In this document: positions 16,280 through 25,874 of the stretch, piece by piece
Layout: every line of letters begins with the position of its first letter
How positions within the stretch are numbered: position 1 is the stretch's first letter
Assembly (NCBI GenBank): GCA_018242585.1
Contig: JAFEBQ010000031.1
Coordinates: 1,044-65,043, forward strand
From: Planctomycetota bacterium
GTDB taxonomy: Bacteria; Planctomycetota; Planctomycetia; Pirellulales; PNKZ01
Length of the DNA: 64,000 nt
Reading direction: 5' to 3'
Notes under the pieces: generated by a model
Databases searched by the model: none
What the model saw: only the letters and a program-made list of their open reading frames with translations
What the model was told of the DNA's origin: nothing
Position numbers and translations under genes: made by a program

Positions 16280-17926
16280 TCAAACTTGCCCCGCGCGCGG
16301 CATGCCCTCGACCAGAAAACCGCGCAGCGTCGGCTCGGGATACCACGCGAACGGATACTCGCGCCAGCTCAGCACTTGCCGCCGCGCCAATGCCGCGCGG
16401 AGCCGCGTTCGTTCGGCCAATAGCTCGCGTCGCCGCTCGGCCACGGCGGGTTGTAACTCGTCGTTAAGCTGGGAAATCTCGCGAGCGCGACGTTTGGCGT
16501 TCGACGGCTCGAACGGATCATCGATCCAGGCGCGCTTTCGTTCGATCAGCTCGCGAACCTGGCCATCGGCGCCGGCCAGAAACCGTTCAGGCTGAAATTC
16601 GAGCGAACGGAGCTGGTGTTCAAGCCGCCGCATCTGGTCGATTGCGACGTTCTCCTTCGCCACGGGCAGATGCAATGTGCCCGAGACGACCCCATCGGCC
16701 GGCAACGGCGCGGCGGCGAAGCGTGCGGCCAATAGCTGGGTAACTTCGTCATATTTGCCGCCGCCAATCCCGTGCAGAAACAGATCGCTGGCCACTAGGC
16801 GGCAAAACAGCGTCGTGGTCAGCGCTCGGCTACGCAGCCGGATGCCTTGGCTTTTGAGCGCCGTGATGGCCGCGACGGTGGCCGCCGCGCGACCCGTTCC
16901 AGGGGCCGGCAGCGCGACACGGATCGTTTGGCGGTCGGTCAGGATCAGTTCGCCAGCTTGCCGGGTGACGAAAGCCGCCCGGCGTCGCGGCGACGCGCCG
17001 GTCCACAGCCAGAAGGGGGCTTCGAGCGCCGGCCCGTCGGCGGCCAGTTTCGGCGCGGGATGGTTCGCGCTGCGCAAATGGTAGACCTGGCGATACTCGT
17101 CGATCGCGCCATTATAGATGTCACGAAACCGCGGCAGCCCGTCGAGCACCCAGGCCGCGAACCAGGCGAAGCTCTCGGTTTCGCACAACGCGCTTTGCGG
17201 CAGTTCGAGCGTCGCCAGCCCCCAGTCGGCTTCCAAGGCATGGCGCGCTTGCGCCATGGCCAGTCCGGCGCGGTCAGTGGCGCGAGCGCGCTCGACAACG
17301 CGCGGCCACAAGGTGCCAATCAACGGCTGCGCGAGCAAACCTTTGAGCAAGTCACTCGCCCGGCGATCGACACTGGTCCACAACGCCTCGTCCAGCACCG
17401 CACGTTCTTCCCACGGCAGCTCCGGGCCGTCGGCGTCGAGCGGCATGGCGCCGCGGTGCGGATGCTCAGGCGTGCCCGTGGCGATCGGCACGAGCGACGA
17501 TTTGATCGTGTCGCCGTCAACGACCAGGTTCAACGCGGCCGCGCCGGCGCGCCGCGCCAAAGCGTCGAGCGAGAAGTTCTTCAGCCAGACGCCGGGATGA
17601 AACAGTTGCGGCTGATGGCCGGCCGCGACGAGTGGCTGCTCGGGCGAAAATGCGGGCGCGGCGCGATACGCCGAGGTGTAGCGAGTGGCTGCCGTTAGCA
17701 ATTCACCGCGCGCCTGCGCGGCCAGCTCGACCAGCGGTCGATCCAGGATCAGCCGCGTGTCGATCCGACGAGCCGCGACATTTCGAGCCAGCAGCCCGGG
17801 CAGGGTTTCCCAGGCGGGTTCGACGAGCACGCTCCGGTCGGCCTGCGGCGCGCGGAGCTTGCGCTTCACGAGCGAATGCTGCGACGCGGCGGCGAGTGAG
17901 ATCGAATCGCTGGTCGCCGCTTGCAT
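16280..17926 (-). CDS. Conserved hypothetical protein (weak BshC-like / COG4365-like pattern)
   Basis: 548-aa ORF that reads like a real coding frame. AAGHQPQLFHPGVWLKNF and FLHGIGGGKYDEV loosely recall the GQQxGLFxGPLYxxxK and GGGGExxYW blocks of BshC-family ligases. This comes from memory only. It lies downstream of a GT2 gene on the same strand. Confidence 0.5.
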   Translation of the reverse strand: MQAATSDSISLAAASQHSLVKRKLRAPQADRSVLVEPAWETLPGLLARNVAARRIDTRLILDRPLVELAAQARGELLTAATRYTSAYRAAPAFSPEQPLVAAGHQPQLFHPGVWLKNFSLDALARRAGAAALNLVVDGDTIKSSLVPIATGTPEHPHRGAMPLDADGPELPWEERAVLDEALWTSVDRRASDLLKGLLAQPLIGTLWPRVVERARATDRAGLAMAQARHALEADWGLATLELPQSALCETESFAWFAAWVLDGLPRFRDIYNGAIDEYRQVYHLRSANHPAPKLAADGPALEAPFWLWTGASPRRRAAFVTRQAGELILTDRQTIRVALPAPGTGRAAATVAAITALKSQGIRLRSRALTTTLFCRLVASDLFLHGIGGGKYDEVTQLLAARFAAAPLPADGVVSGTLHLPVAKENVAIDQMRRLEHQLRSLEFQPERFLAGADGQVRELIERKRAWIDDPFEPSNAKRRAREISQLNDELQPAVAERRRELLAERTRLRAALARRQVLSWREYPFAWYPEPTLRGFLVEGMPRAGQV

Positions 17927-17966
17927 GGAAATACAATTCGCCGAGCGTCAGGAAGAACAGCCGTGC

Positions 17967-18728
17967 TCAAGAGCCGGCACACGGGCCGCACAACGTGCCC
18001 GACCAAAGCTGCGGTTCTTGCTCGACCCGCGCAACGGCATGATTGTCCATGCTCCGGTCCAGCACCAGATGGTAATACTGCAAACGCGTGTCGCCGTTGT
18101 CGAGCGCCCCGCCGAACGAACGCTTCTCGTCCAGGTAGATCAGCGGGACGGGCAGTTCGGTGATCCGCAAGCCGGCCTTGGCGGCGCGAACCCACAGTTC
18201 CAGCGGCATGGCGTAGCCCGCTTCGGTCACGTGCAGGTGCTTGAGCGACGCAACGCGATAGGCCTTGAAGCCGCAAAACGCGTCAGTGATGTTCAGGCAG
18301 AGCCGGCGGTTCAACTCGGCGGTCAGTTGTTCGTTGATCCGGCGGCGCTCGGCCGGCGGCTCGCTTTGGCCGTCGAACTTCTGCAAGTAGCGACTTCCCG
18401 AGACGATGTCACAATCGGCGGCCGCGGCCACGAACTTGGGAATCCGACAGGGCTGATGCTGGCCGTCACAGTCGATCGTGACGAGCACATCGTAGCCGTG
18501 CTGCTCGGCATAGCGAAACGCTGACTGCAGCGCGGCGCCGTAGCCTTGGTTCTTGGCATGGGTGACGACGTGCAGGCCGGGCTCTTGCTTCAGCAATTCC
18601 GCCGTCCCGTCGGTCGAGCCGTCATCGACGACGAGAATCTCGGGGCTGAAGCGCCGCACCTCGGCCAGCACTTTTTGAACGTGCTTGGCTTCGTTAAACA
18701 CGGGGAGCGCGGTCAAGTAACGCGTCAT
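17967..18728 (-). CDS. Family 2 glycosyltransferase (polyprenol-phosphate sugar transferase-like)
   Basis: LPVFNEAKHVQKVLAEV, ILVVDDGSTDGTAELL, NQGYGAAL and IDCDGQHQP are GT2/DPM1-like motifs. Confidence 0.85.
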   Translation of the reverse strand: MTRYLTALPVFNEAKHVQKVLAEVRRFSPEILVVDDGSTDGTAELLKQEPGLHVVTHAKNQGYGAALQSAFRYAEQHGYDVLVTIDCDGQHQPCRIPKFVAAAADCDIVSGSRYLQKFDGQSEPPAERRRINEQLTAELNRRLCLNITDAFCGFKAYRVASLKHLHVTEAGYAMPLELWVRAAKAGLRITELPVPLIYLDEKRSFGGALDNGDTRLQYYHLVLDRSMDNHAVARVEQEPQLWSGTLCGPCAGS

Positions 18729-18985
18729 CGTCGAGCCCTTTGCAAAAGACCGTCCTATGCCAGCGGCAATATTACTGACCCGCGGCTGGCGGTAGCGAGG
18801 CGGCCGGCTAAGAGCCCACCAATTCCCCGAACAACCGACCTATTGTAGGTGGCCCCCGGGGGCAGTCAACGCACGCCGCCGGAACCACCGTCGAGCGCAA
18901 CAGTTACGCTGCTTGCAGCGAAGGGGAAAGCTTCGCGGACACCCCGGCTCGATTGGGGATGAGGTTGCTTACTTCAGTCGCATTG

Positions 18986-19091
18986 GTAGGGTGCTCTGTG
19001 AGCACCAAATCATCGCGTTACAAGCCGAAAGGTTTGGAGCGATTGTTTTCGGCCAGTAGCGTGAAAATATGGTGCTCACAGAGCACCCTAC
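18986..19091. repeat. Nested palindrome: 22-bp perfect inverted repeat with self-complementary arms
   Basis: GTAGGGTGCTCTGTGAGCACCA (18986-19007) pairs with TGGTGCTCACAGAGCACCCTAC (19070-19091), separated by a 62-bp spacer. Each arm contains its own hairpin, GTGCTC-NNN-GAGCAC. Confidence 0.85.
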
Positions 19092-19121
19092 GAACGAGGG
19101 ACGCCCTCGCGCCAATTGTGT

Positions 19122-20144
19122 TCACTCGGCCTGGCGCTTGGCGCGGGTCGAGGATGCGTCGCGGCGGCTGCGAACATGGGGCGCGTCGATCCGCGCGGCC
19201 GAGCCGGCTTCTGACTCGTGGCCCAGCGTGCCGGCGGCCAATTCGTCGAGCAACTGCCAATGGCGACGGCAACCGACGATCGATGGCAGGGCGCTGAGGC
19301 GACCCAACGTGTGCATCGCGCCTGACAGACTCGTCACCGTGCCGATCGCTTCGCCCAGACAGCACGCCGCATGGGCCAGCAGCGCGCGCCGCCAGCCCCA
19401 CAGCCGAGCATTGCGCCAGAACAACTGTTCGGCCTGGCGACCTTGGCCGAAACTCGAACCCAGGTCGGCGTGATTGGGCGTCGGCAGTGCAACGCGGGCC
19501 GATGGCTCGAAGACCGTCGCGTAACCAGCCGCGTGAAGTTGCAGTCCCAGGTCGATGTCGGCAAAGCCGGCCCCCAAGCGCCGCTCGAGTTGCAGCCCGA
19601 GCGCGTCGAGCGCCGAGCGGCGATAAAACGCGGCTTCGACGCTGGTGGCGATCACGTCGCACGCTTCGTTGGGAACTTCGGCGGCGGCCAGGTGTTGATG
19701 CCGCGCGCGGCGAATGCCGCCGACACCGTACTCCAAGCCGGCCGAGCGAACCTCGGCGTCGCTAGCCAGGTGATGCACAATTAAGGGCGCGACCGCCGCC
19801 ACCTGGGCCGTTTGGAAATGAGAGAGCGCCATATCGATGGTTGCTGGCGCTAACTCGGCGCCGCTGGCCAGCAGCAGGACGATGTCGCCGTGGCTGGCGG
19901 CCAGGCCCTGGTTCAGGCATTCGATCAGCGACGCGCGACGGGGCGCGTCGACGAACTCGACCTCGTCGCGCAGATGGTAAGGATCGTCGTAAGGACGATT
20001 CAGGACGATCACCACCTGGGAGTCCGCGGTCCGGTTTTCCAGCACCGAGACGAGGCCGTTTTCCAGCGCAGCCGTCGGCCCCGTGGCGGCGATCACCACC
20101 GACAGGCTTAACGACTTGCGAGAAGAGGCCGAGGACTTGGGCAT
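19122..20144 (-). CDS. Family 2 glycosyltransferase-like protein
   Basis: LSVVIAATGP...VVIVLNRPYDD...LNQGLAASHGDIVLLLASG shows a GT2 Rossmann-like N-terminal pattern. I chose the ATG at 20142-20144 (MPKSSASS). Confidence 0.7.
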   Translation of the reverse strand: MPKSSASSRKSLSLSVVIAATGPTAALENGLVSVLENRTADSQVVIVLNRPYDDPYHLRDEVEFVDAPRRASLIECLNQGLAASHGDIVLLLASGAELAPATIDMALSHFQTAQVAAVAPLIVHHLASDAEVRSAGLEYGVGGIRRARHQHLAAAEVPNEACDVIATSVEAAFYRRSALDALGLQLERRLGAGFADIDLGLQLHAAGYATVFEPSARVALPTPNHADLGSSFGQGRQAEQLFWRNARLWGWRRALLAHAACCLGEAIGTVTSLSGAMHTLGRLSALPSIVGCRRHWQLLDELAAGTLGHESEAGSAARIDAPHVRSRRDASSTRAKRQAE

Positions 20145-20277
20145 GCTAGCACCCGATACATTCGCCCCAGGCAGACAGGCCGGGGCTCTTCGGATACTTC
20201 GACCAGCGCAGGCAGCCAAGTTTATTCTGGCTGCGCCGATTGGGCCGCGTGACATGCTAGCAACCCTAGAGGACTAG

Positions 20278-20466
20278 CCGCGGAGGCACGGAGACACGGA
20301 GGTGAGCACGGAGTAGGGGGGACAGCAGGGAGTCGAAGTCTCAATGACCAAATCCCAATGACCAAAAAAGGCAACCGGCTTCTTCGCATTATTGGTCATT
20401 GGTACTTGGGCATTGGTCATTCGCATTTACTCCGTGCCAACCTCCGTGCCTCTGTGCCTCCGTGGT
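20278..20466. repeat. Composite intergenic palindromic repeat
   Basis: The left arm CCGCGGAGGCACGGAGACACGGAGGTGAGCACGGAG mirrors the right arm CTCCGTGCCAACCTCCGTGCCTCTGTGCCTCCGTGG. The centre carries CAATGACCAAATCCCAATGACCAA ... TTGGTCATTGGTACTTGGGCATTGGTCATT. Confidence 0.8.
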
Positions 20467-20473
20467 TAGCGAT

Positions 20474-21712
20474 TTACGTTTGCTCTGACCAGACTTTGCA
20501 AAGCTCGATGACGACTTCAGCGGCTTGTCCCATTTCTTCCAGGCAAGTCCATTCCAACGGCGAGTGAATCTGGTGTTCGCCGCACGACAGATTCGGTGTT
20601 GGCAGCCCCAGTTCAGTTAAACGCGAGCCATCGGTGCCGCCGCGAACGATCGTCAATCGGGCCTCGCGTCCCAAGCGGCGGTGGGCCTCGACGGCCAGCG
20701 CCACGGCGCGTGGCTCGGCCACCAGGCCGTCGGCCATGTTGCGGTACTGCTCGATGATCTTCACGTCGATCGCAAGGCCAGGGAACTGAGCCTGCGCCTC
20801 GGCGGCGGTCTTGCGCAACAGTGCCGCCTGATCGGTCAGCGCCGGCGTCTGGAAATCGCGCAGCAAGATCAATAGCTCCGCCTCGGCCACGCCGGCGCGT
20901 AGATCGTAAGGGTGCAAAAAGCCTTGCCGACCATCGGTCACCTCGGGGGCCAATTGATCGCGCGGCAACAAGTCGACGAACATGCCGGCGGCCCGCAGCG
21001 CGCTGACCATCTTTCCCTTGGCGATCGACGGATGAATGTTCACGCCGCGGAACGTGACGGTCGCCTGGTCGGCCGAGAAGGTCTCGTTGTCGATCTCGTT
21101 GGCTCCCGCGCCGTCGAGCGTGTAACAGACCGTGGCGCCGAGCGCCGCCACGTCGACGTGATCGACCCCGTGGCCGATCTCCTCGTCGCAGGTAAAGCAG
21201 ACCTTGACCGGCCCGTGAGGAACCTTGGAATGCTCGGTCAGCCATTCGATGGCTTCCATGATGACGGCCACGCCGGATTTGTCGTCCGAGCCGAGCAGCG
21301 TGGTCCCGTCCGAAGTGATGATCGTTTGGCCTTTGAACTGGGCCAGGGCCGGACACTCGCTGGGGCGCACGACGCGCGTCGGGTCGCCCGGCAAGCGCAG
21401 GTCGCCGCCGTCGTAGCTGCGCCACACCTGCGGCTTGACGTTCTTGCCCGAGGTGCTGGGCTCGGTGTCGACGTGGGCGCAAAAGGCGATGGTCGGCGCG
21501 GCATGGCGAACCGTGGCGGGAAGCGTGGCGGTGACGATGCCGTGCTCGCTTTGCTGGGCATCGGCCAGCCCGATCGCGCGCAGCTCGTCGGCCAGCAAGC
21601 GGCCCAGGACCAACTGGCCCGGCGAACTGGGATAGGTCGACGACCGCGCATCGGCCGTGGTGTCGACTTGCACATAGCGGACAAACCGGGCGAGCAATCG
21701 TTCGAGGTTCAT
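20474..21712 (-). CDS. pepT: Peptidase T (tripeptide aminopeptidase, M20B)
   Basis: LLARFVRYVQVDT, AHVDT, DGTTLLGSDDKSG and CDEEIGHG are typical M20B/PepT blocks. I chose the ATG at 21710-21712. The upstream part of the ORF runs into a repeat. Confidence 0.85.
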   Translation of the reverse strand: MNLERLLARFVRYVQVDTTADARSSTYPSSPGQLVLGRLLADELRAIGLADAQQSEHGIVTATLPATVRHAAPTIAFCAHVDTEPSTSGKNVKPQVWRSYDGGDLRLPGDPTRVVRPSECPALAQFKGQTIITSDGTTLLGSDDKSGVAVIMEAIEWLTEHSKVPHGPVKVCFTCDEEIGHGVDHVDVAALGATVCYTLDGAGANEIDNETFSADQATVTFRGVNIHPSIAKGKMVSALRAAGMFVDLLPRDQLAPEVTDGRQGFLHPYDLRAGVAEAELLILLRDFQTPALTDQAALLRKTAAEAQAQFPGLAIDVKIIEQYRNMADGLVAEPRAVALAVEAHRRLGREARLTIVRGGTDGSRLTELGLPTPNLSCGEHQIHSPLEWTCLEEMGQAAEVVIELCKVWSEQT

Positions 21713-21733
21713 GTCGAGTCTTTCAGAGAAGGT

Positions 21734-21899
21734 TTGAACCGCAAAGACGCAAAGGACGCAAAGAAAATACGGCAGCATTAAATCGCGGAGAGCGCAGAGG
21801 ATCGCGGAGAATTCCAATTAGGTCTCCTTGGTTCCGCGAATCTCCGCGATTCATCTCCTGATGGCATTCCTTTGCGATCTTTGCGTCTTTGCGGTTCAA
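21734..21899. repeat. Composite intergenic palindromic repeat (GCAAAG-type arms)
   Basis: TTTGAACCGCAAAGACGCAAAGGACGCAAAG mirrors CTTTGCGATCTTTGCGTCTTTGCGGTTCAA. An inner pair is ATCGCGGAGA / TCTCCGCGAT. It lies between divergent genes. Confidence 0.8.
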
Positions 21900-22026
21900 T
21901 GCTTCGGCGTCGAAATCATTGTGTAATGGGGATGTGTCACGCCAACTGGAAAAGTTATAACCAGCGGCGCGGGATTTTCGCAGTGGCGATCGTTTCGGCG
22001 GCTGATTCGATTTCGGAGAGCGCGCG

Positions 22027-22881
22027 ATGGCAACGCCGGCGGTGCGGTATCTGGTGTTCGACGTCGAAGGCGTGGCCGACATGGCGCTGGTGGCCCGGCA
22101 ACGGTACGCCGGCCAGGCGCTCGACGACCGAGCCGCGCTCGAACGCTTTCGCCGCGAGCTGTTCGAGCGCTATGAAAACGATCTGGTGCCATACACGTAC
22201 CAGATTCCCGCCGCGGTCGGCGTGGCCAAGGTAGCCGCCGATTTCACCTTGCTCGACGTGGCGGTGCTCGACGAGCCCGAGTACCGGCCGCACGTGATGA
22301 CCGAGCAATTCTGGCGCGGCTGGACCAAGTACAAGCAGCCCACGCTAGTCAGCTTTCATGGCCGCGCGTTCGATCTGCCGGTGCTCGAGCTGGCGGCGTT
22401 TCGCTATGGGCTGCGCTTGCCGACCTGGTTTCAAGGGGGCAAGGGGAACTCGCGCGGGCGGTTCAATTCGGAATCGCACTTCGACGTGGAGGAGTTCCTA
22501 ACCAACTTTGGCGCCACGCGATTCACCGGCGGGTTGAACCTGTCGGCGAACTTGCTGGGGAAGCCGGGCCGCATGATCGGCCAGGACGATCGCGTGCAGG
22601 ATATGTGGCTGGCCGGCCGGCGCGACGAGATCAGTCAGCTCTGCCGCTGGGACGTGCTGGATACGTACTTTGTTTTTCTGCGCTCGCGCGTGCTGGTCGG
22701 GCAGATGACGCTGGATGACGAGCGCGAACGGGTACAGGGGGCGCGCACCTGGCTTGAAGCCCGGGCCGAGCAACAGGCGGCCTATCGCCAATACCTGGAA
22801 CATTGGGGCGACTGGGCGAATCCTTGGGCCGAGCCCGAGGCGGCCGAGAAGTCGAAAAGTGGGAAAAAGGGCGCACGATAG
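22027..22881 (+). CDS. Predicted 3'-5' exonuclease (PolB-exonuclease-like, RNase H fold)
   Basis: RYLVFDVE (Exo I-like D-x-E) and LVSFHGRAFDLPVLELAAFRYGL are typical of the DNA_pol_B_exo2 / COG3298-like family. This is from memory. Confidence 0.55.
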   Translation: MATPAVRYLVFDVEGVADMALVARQRYAGQALDDRAALERFRRELFERYENDLVPYTYQIPAAVGVAKVAADFTLLDVAVLDEPEYRPHVMTEQFWRGWTKYKQPTLVSFHGRAFDLPVLELAAFRYGLRLPTWFQGGKGNSRGRFNSESHFDVEEFLTNFGATRFTGGLNLSANLLGKPGRMIGQDDRVQDMWLAGRRDEISQLCRWDVLDTYFVFLRSRVLVGQMTLDDERERVQGARTWLEARAEQQAAYRQYLEHWGDWANPWAEPEAAEKSKSGKKGAR

Positions 22882-23274
22882 CCGGGCCGATAATTTGGGA
22901 AGCACGTTTGCCGCGGAGACTGCCAGCGTCCGGCGCGCAAATTGCCATAGGTCACAAGTGCTTGAAATCAGGCACGGTAATGATGTTGCTTTGCCCAAAA
23001 AAGCGGCCGCGCGCGCCGCGCGAGCGCGCAGCACGCCCAAACGGTCACCGTGCGCACCCAGGCGGCCTACCAGAATTCTTGTCAAAAACTTTTGCATTCC
23101 GCCGAAGTTTTTTCTCTGCTTTCTGGAGCGTCGCCGCGGGGGTCAAGCTGCGGAGCGAGCGCCCGTATGGACTCAGCGCCCTGTACCTACCAAGACTCGG
23201 CGCACACTTGTGCCCCGAAATAAGTCGGCGTCGAACGTGTTGACCCCTGCGGCCCCCACTGGGTAGGCGAACCG

Positions 23275-24810
23275 ATGGCCACGGCGAATTCAACTGCGAT
23301 GAACTTGAACCTGCTGCGAAGCGCGACGGAGTTGGCGTTCCCCGACTATGACGTCGACGGCTTCTTCGACGAGATGTTCGACAGCGAGCGCCGCCCGTGG
23401 CCGCGGGCCGAGCTGCTGGCCTGGCGGTTGAAGTCGCTGTCCGATGGCGAGCTGCAGCGGCGTCAGCGGCTGGCCGAGATGGCGCTGTTGAACATGGGCA
23501 TCACGTTCAACGTCTATGGCCACGAAGCCGGCACCGAAAAGATTTGGCCGTTTGACCTGATCCCCCGCATCATCGAAGCCGCCGAGTGGCAGTCGATCGA
23601 GGCTGGGCTCAAGCAGCGCATCCGCGCGCTGAACCTGTTCATCGACGACATGTACCACGAGCAGCGGATCGTCAAGGACGGCGTGTTCCCCGAGTTCATG
23701 GCCCTGTCGAGCAAGTGCTTCATGAATCGCTGCGCCGGGCTGAACCCGCCCAAGGGGGTCTGGTGCCACATCACCGGCACCGACCTGGTGCGCAACAGCG
23801 ACGGACAGATTTACGTGCTCGAGGACAATCTGCGCTGCCCGTCGGGTGTGTCGTACGTGCTCGAGAACCGCGAGGTGATGAAGCGAACCTTCCCCCAGAT
23901 GTTCGACGGCTTGCCGGTCACGCCGGTCGAGGACTATCCCGAGCAGTTGTTGAAGATGTTGCAGTACATCGCCCCGCCCACGGCGCGCACGCCGACGGTC
24001 GTGGTGCTGACGCCGGGCATCTATAACTCGGCCTATTTCGAGCACTGCTTCCTGGCGCAACAGATGGGGGTCGAATTGGTGCAAGGTTCGGACCTGGTCG
24101 TCTCGAACGGCTTTGTTCACATGCAGACCACGCGGGGCCTGAAACGCGTCGACGTGATCTATCGCCGCATCGACGACGACTTCTTGGACCCACAGTGTTT
24201 CCGCCCTGATTCAACCCTGGGGGTGCCGGGGCTGATGGATGTCTATCGCGCCGGCCGCGTGGCGCTGGCCAACGCGCCGGGCACGGGCATTGCCGACGAC
24301 AAGGCGGTTTACGCCTATGTCCCGCAGATGATCAAGTATTACCTGAACGAAGAGATCAAGCTGCCGAACGTGCCGACGTACATCTGTGCCGACGAAGAGC
24401 AGCGCAAGTACGTCCTCGAGCACTTGGACGAGCTGGTCATCAAGCCGACGAACGAATCCGGGGGCTACGGCATTTTGCTGGGCCCGCGTTCGACCAAGGA
24501 ACAACGTGAAAAGTACCGCGAGCTGATCGGCGCGAACCCGCGCAACTACGTGGCCCAGCCGATGCTGTCGCTGTCGCGCGTGCCGACGATCGTCGGCGAC
24601 CGGCTGGAAGGACGGCACGTCGACCTGCGGCCTTATATTTTGTATGGCGAAGACATTTATGTATTGCCCGGCGGGCTCACACGCGTGGCGCTGGTCAAAG
24701 GTTCGCTGGTGGTCAATTCGTCCCAGGGGGGCGGCAGCAAGGACACTTGGGTCTTGAAGCACGCGCCGACAGGCTCGCCGTCGTCGGCTCCGCTGGCGCG
24801 TACGTTGTAG
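23275..24810 (+). CDS. Circularly permuted type-2 ATP-grasp protein (COG2308 family)
   Basis: 511 aa. [16 protein letters not shown], the [20 protein letters not shown] block and [12 protein letters not shown] are characteristic of the CP_ATPgrasp_2 family. Confidence 0.85.
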   Translation: MATANSTAMNLNLLRSATELAFPDYDVDGFFDEMFDSERRPWPRAELLAWRLKSLSDGELQRRQRLAEMALLNMGITFNVYGHEAGTEKIWPFDLIPRIIEAAEWQSIEAGLKQRIRALNLFIDDMYHEQRIVKDGVFPEFMALSSKCFMNRCAGLNPPKGVWCHITGTDLVRNSDGQIYVLEDNLRCPSGVSYVLENREVMKRTFPQMFDGLPVTPVEDYPEQLLKMLQYIAPPTARTPTVVVLTPGIYNSAYFEHCFLAQQMGVELVQGSDLVVSNGFVHMQTTRGLKRVDVIYRRIDDDFLDPQCFRPDSTLGVPGLMDVYRAGRVALANAPGTGIADDKAVYAYVPQMIKYYLNEEIKLPNVPTYICADEEQRKYVLEHLDELVIKPTNESGGYGILLGPRSTKEQREKYRELIGANPRNYVAQPMLSLSRVPTIVGDRLEGRHVDLRPYILYGEDIYVLPGGLTRVALVKGSLVVNSSQGGGSKDTWVLKHAPTGSPSSAPLARTL

Positions 24811-24848
24811 GCTAGCTGTTGATCGATGACCGAAAGGCGGGAACGAAG

Positions 24849-25862
24849 ATGTTGAGTCGGGTTGCCAATTCGATCTACTGGATGAGCCGCTACGTCGAGC
24901 GGGCCGAGAACGTGGCCCGCTTTATCGACGTCACGCTGAACTTGTCGCTCGACGCGGCGGCCCATCTGGCTCATCAATGGTCGCCGTTGATCTACATCAC
25001 CGGCGACCACGAGCCGTTTCTGGAACATTACGGCGAGGCCAACCAGGCGAACGTGATCCAGTTCCTGACGTTCGACGATCAGAACCCGAACTCGATCATC
25101 AATTGCCTGCGCTATGCGCGGGAAAACGCTCGCACGATTCGCGAGATCATCAGCTCGCAGATGTGGGAAGAGCTGAACAAGTTCTTCCTGCTGGTGCAAA
25201 GCGCCAAGAGCGAAGGAACCGCGCTCGAATCGCCCTATGAGTTCTTCGAGCGGATCAAGCTCTGCGGCGCGCTGCTGGAAGGAGTGGCCGAGTCGACCAT
25301 GTCGCGCGGCGAAGCCTGGCACTTCCGTCGCCTGGGACGCCTGATCGAACGGGCCGACAAGACGTCGCGGATTCTGGACGTGAAATACTACTTGCTGTTG
25401 CCCAGCGCCGCCGACGTCGGCACGCCGCTTGACACCAACCACTGGGCCGCGCTGCTAAAAAGCGCCAGCGCCCTGGAAATGTACCGCAAGGTGCATGGTT
25501 CGATCACGCCGGCGCGGGTGGTCGAGTTCTTGGTGCTGGACCGGGACTTTCCTCGGGCCATGCACTTCTGCCTGTTGCGCGCGGAACAATCGTTGCTTTC
25601 GATCACCGGCGGCTCGATGGGGACGTACAACACCGTGGTCGAGCAGCGGCTGGGACGCCTGCGCTCGGAACTCGACTACGCCATGGTCAACGAGATCATT
25701 TTGGGCGGACTGCACCAGTTTATCGATGGTTTTCAAACGAAGTTGAATCAAGTGGGCGAGGCCATCAGTGAGACCTTCCTGGCTTCGCATCCAGCTCACG
25801 CGACGGCCGCGGAACCGGTCGCAGCGGCGGTGGGCGCCTCGGTTCAACAACAAACCGCCTGA
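24849..25862 (+). CDS. Alpha-E domain protein (COG2307 family)
   Basis: MLSRVANSIYWMSRYVERAENVARF is the signature alpha-E N-terminus. It lies immediately downstream of the ATP-grasp gene. Confidence 0.8.
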   Translation: MLSRVANSIYWMSRYVERAENVARFIDVTLNLSLDAAAHLAHQWSPLIYITGDHEPFLEHYGEANQANVIQFLTFDDQNPNSIINCLRYARENARTIREIISSQMWEELNKFFLLVQSAKSEGTALESPYEFFERIKLCGALLEGVAESTMSRGEAWHFRRLGRLIERADKTSRILDVKYYLLLPSAADVGTPLDTNHWAALLKSASALEMYRKVHGSITPARVVEFLVLDRDFPRAMHFCLLRAEQSLLSITGGSMGTYNTVVEQRLGRLRSELDYAMVNEIILGGLHQFIDGFQTKLNQVGEAISETFLASHPAHATAAEPVAAAVGASVQQQTA

Positions 25863-25874
25863 GTGTGATCGAAC

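Noticed and set aside
20278-20330. Tandem CACGGAG / GCAGAG / GCAAAG word runs, considered as a CRISPR array or a microsatellite.
   Set aside because: The units are 6-8 bp, degenerate and contiguous, with no unique spacers. Each run is mirrored by a complementary arm. They are parts of palindromic repeats, and no cas genes are present in the window.
23004-23030. An alternating GC tract (GCGGCCGCGCGCGCCGCGCGAGCGCGC) upstream of the ATP-grasp operon, considered as a regulatory or Z-DNA element.
   Set aside because: It is a single occurrence with no partner site or adjacent recognisable promoter. It cannot be distinguished from compositional noise in this genome without data.
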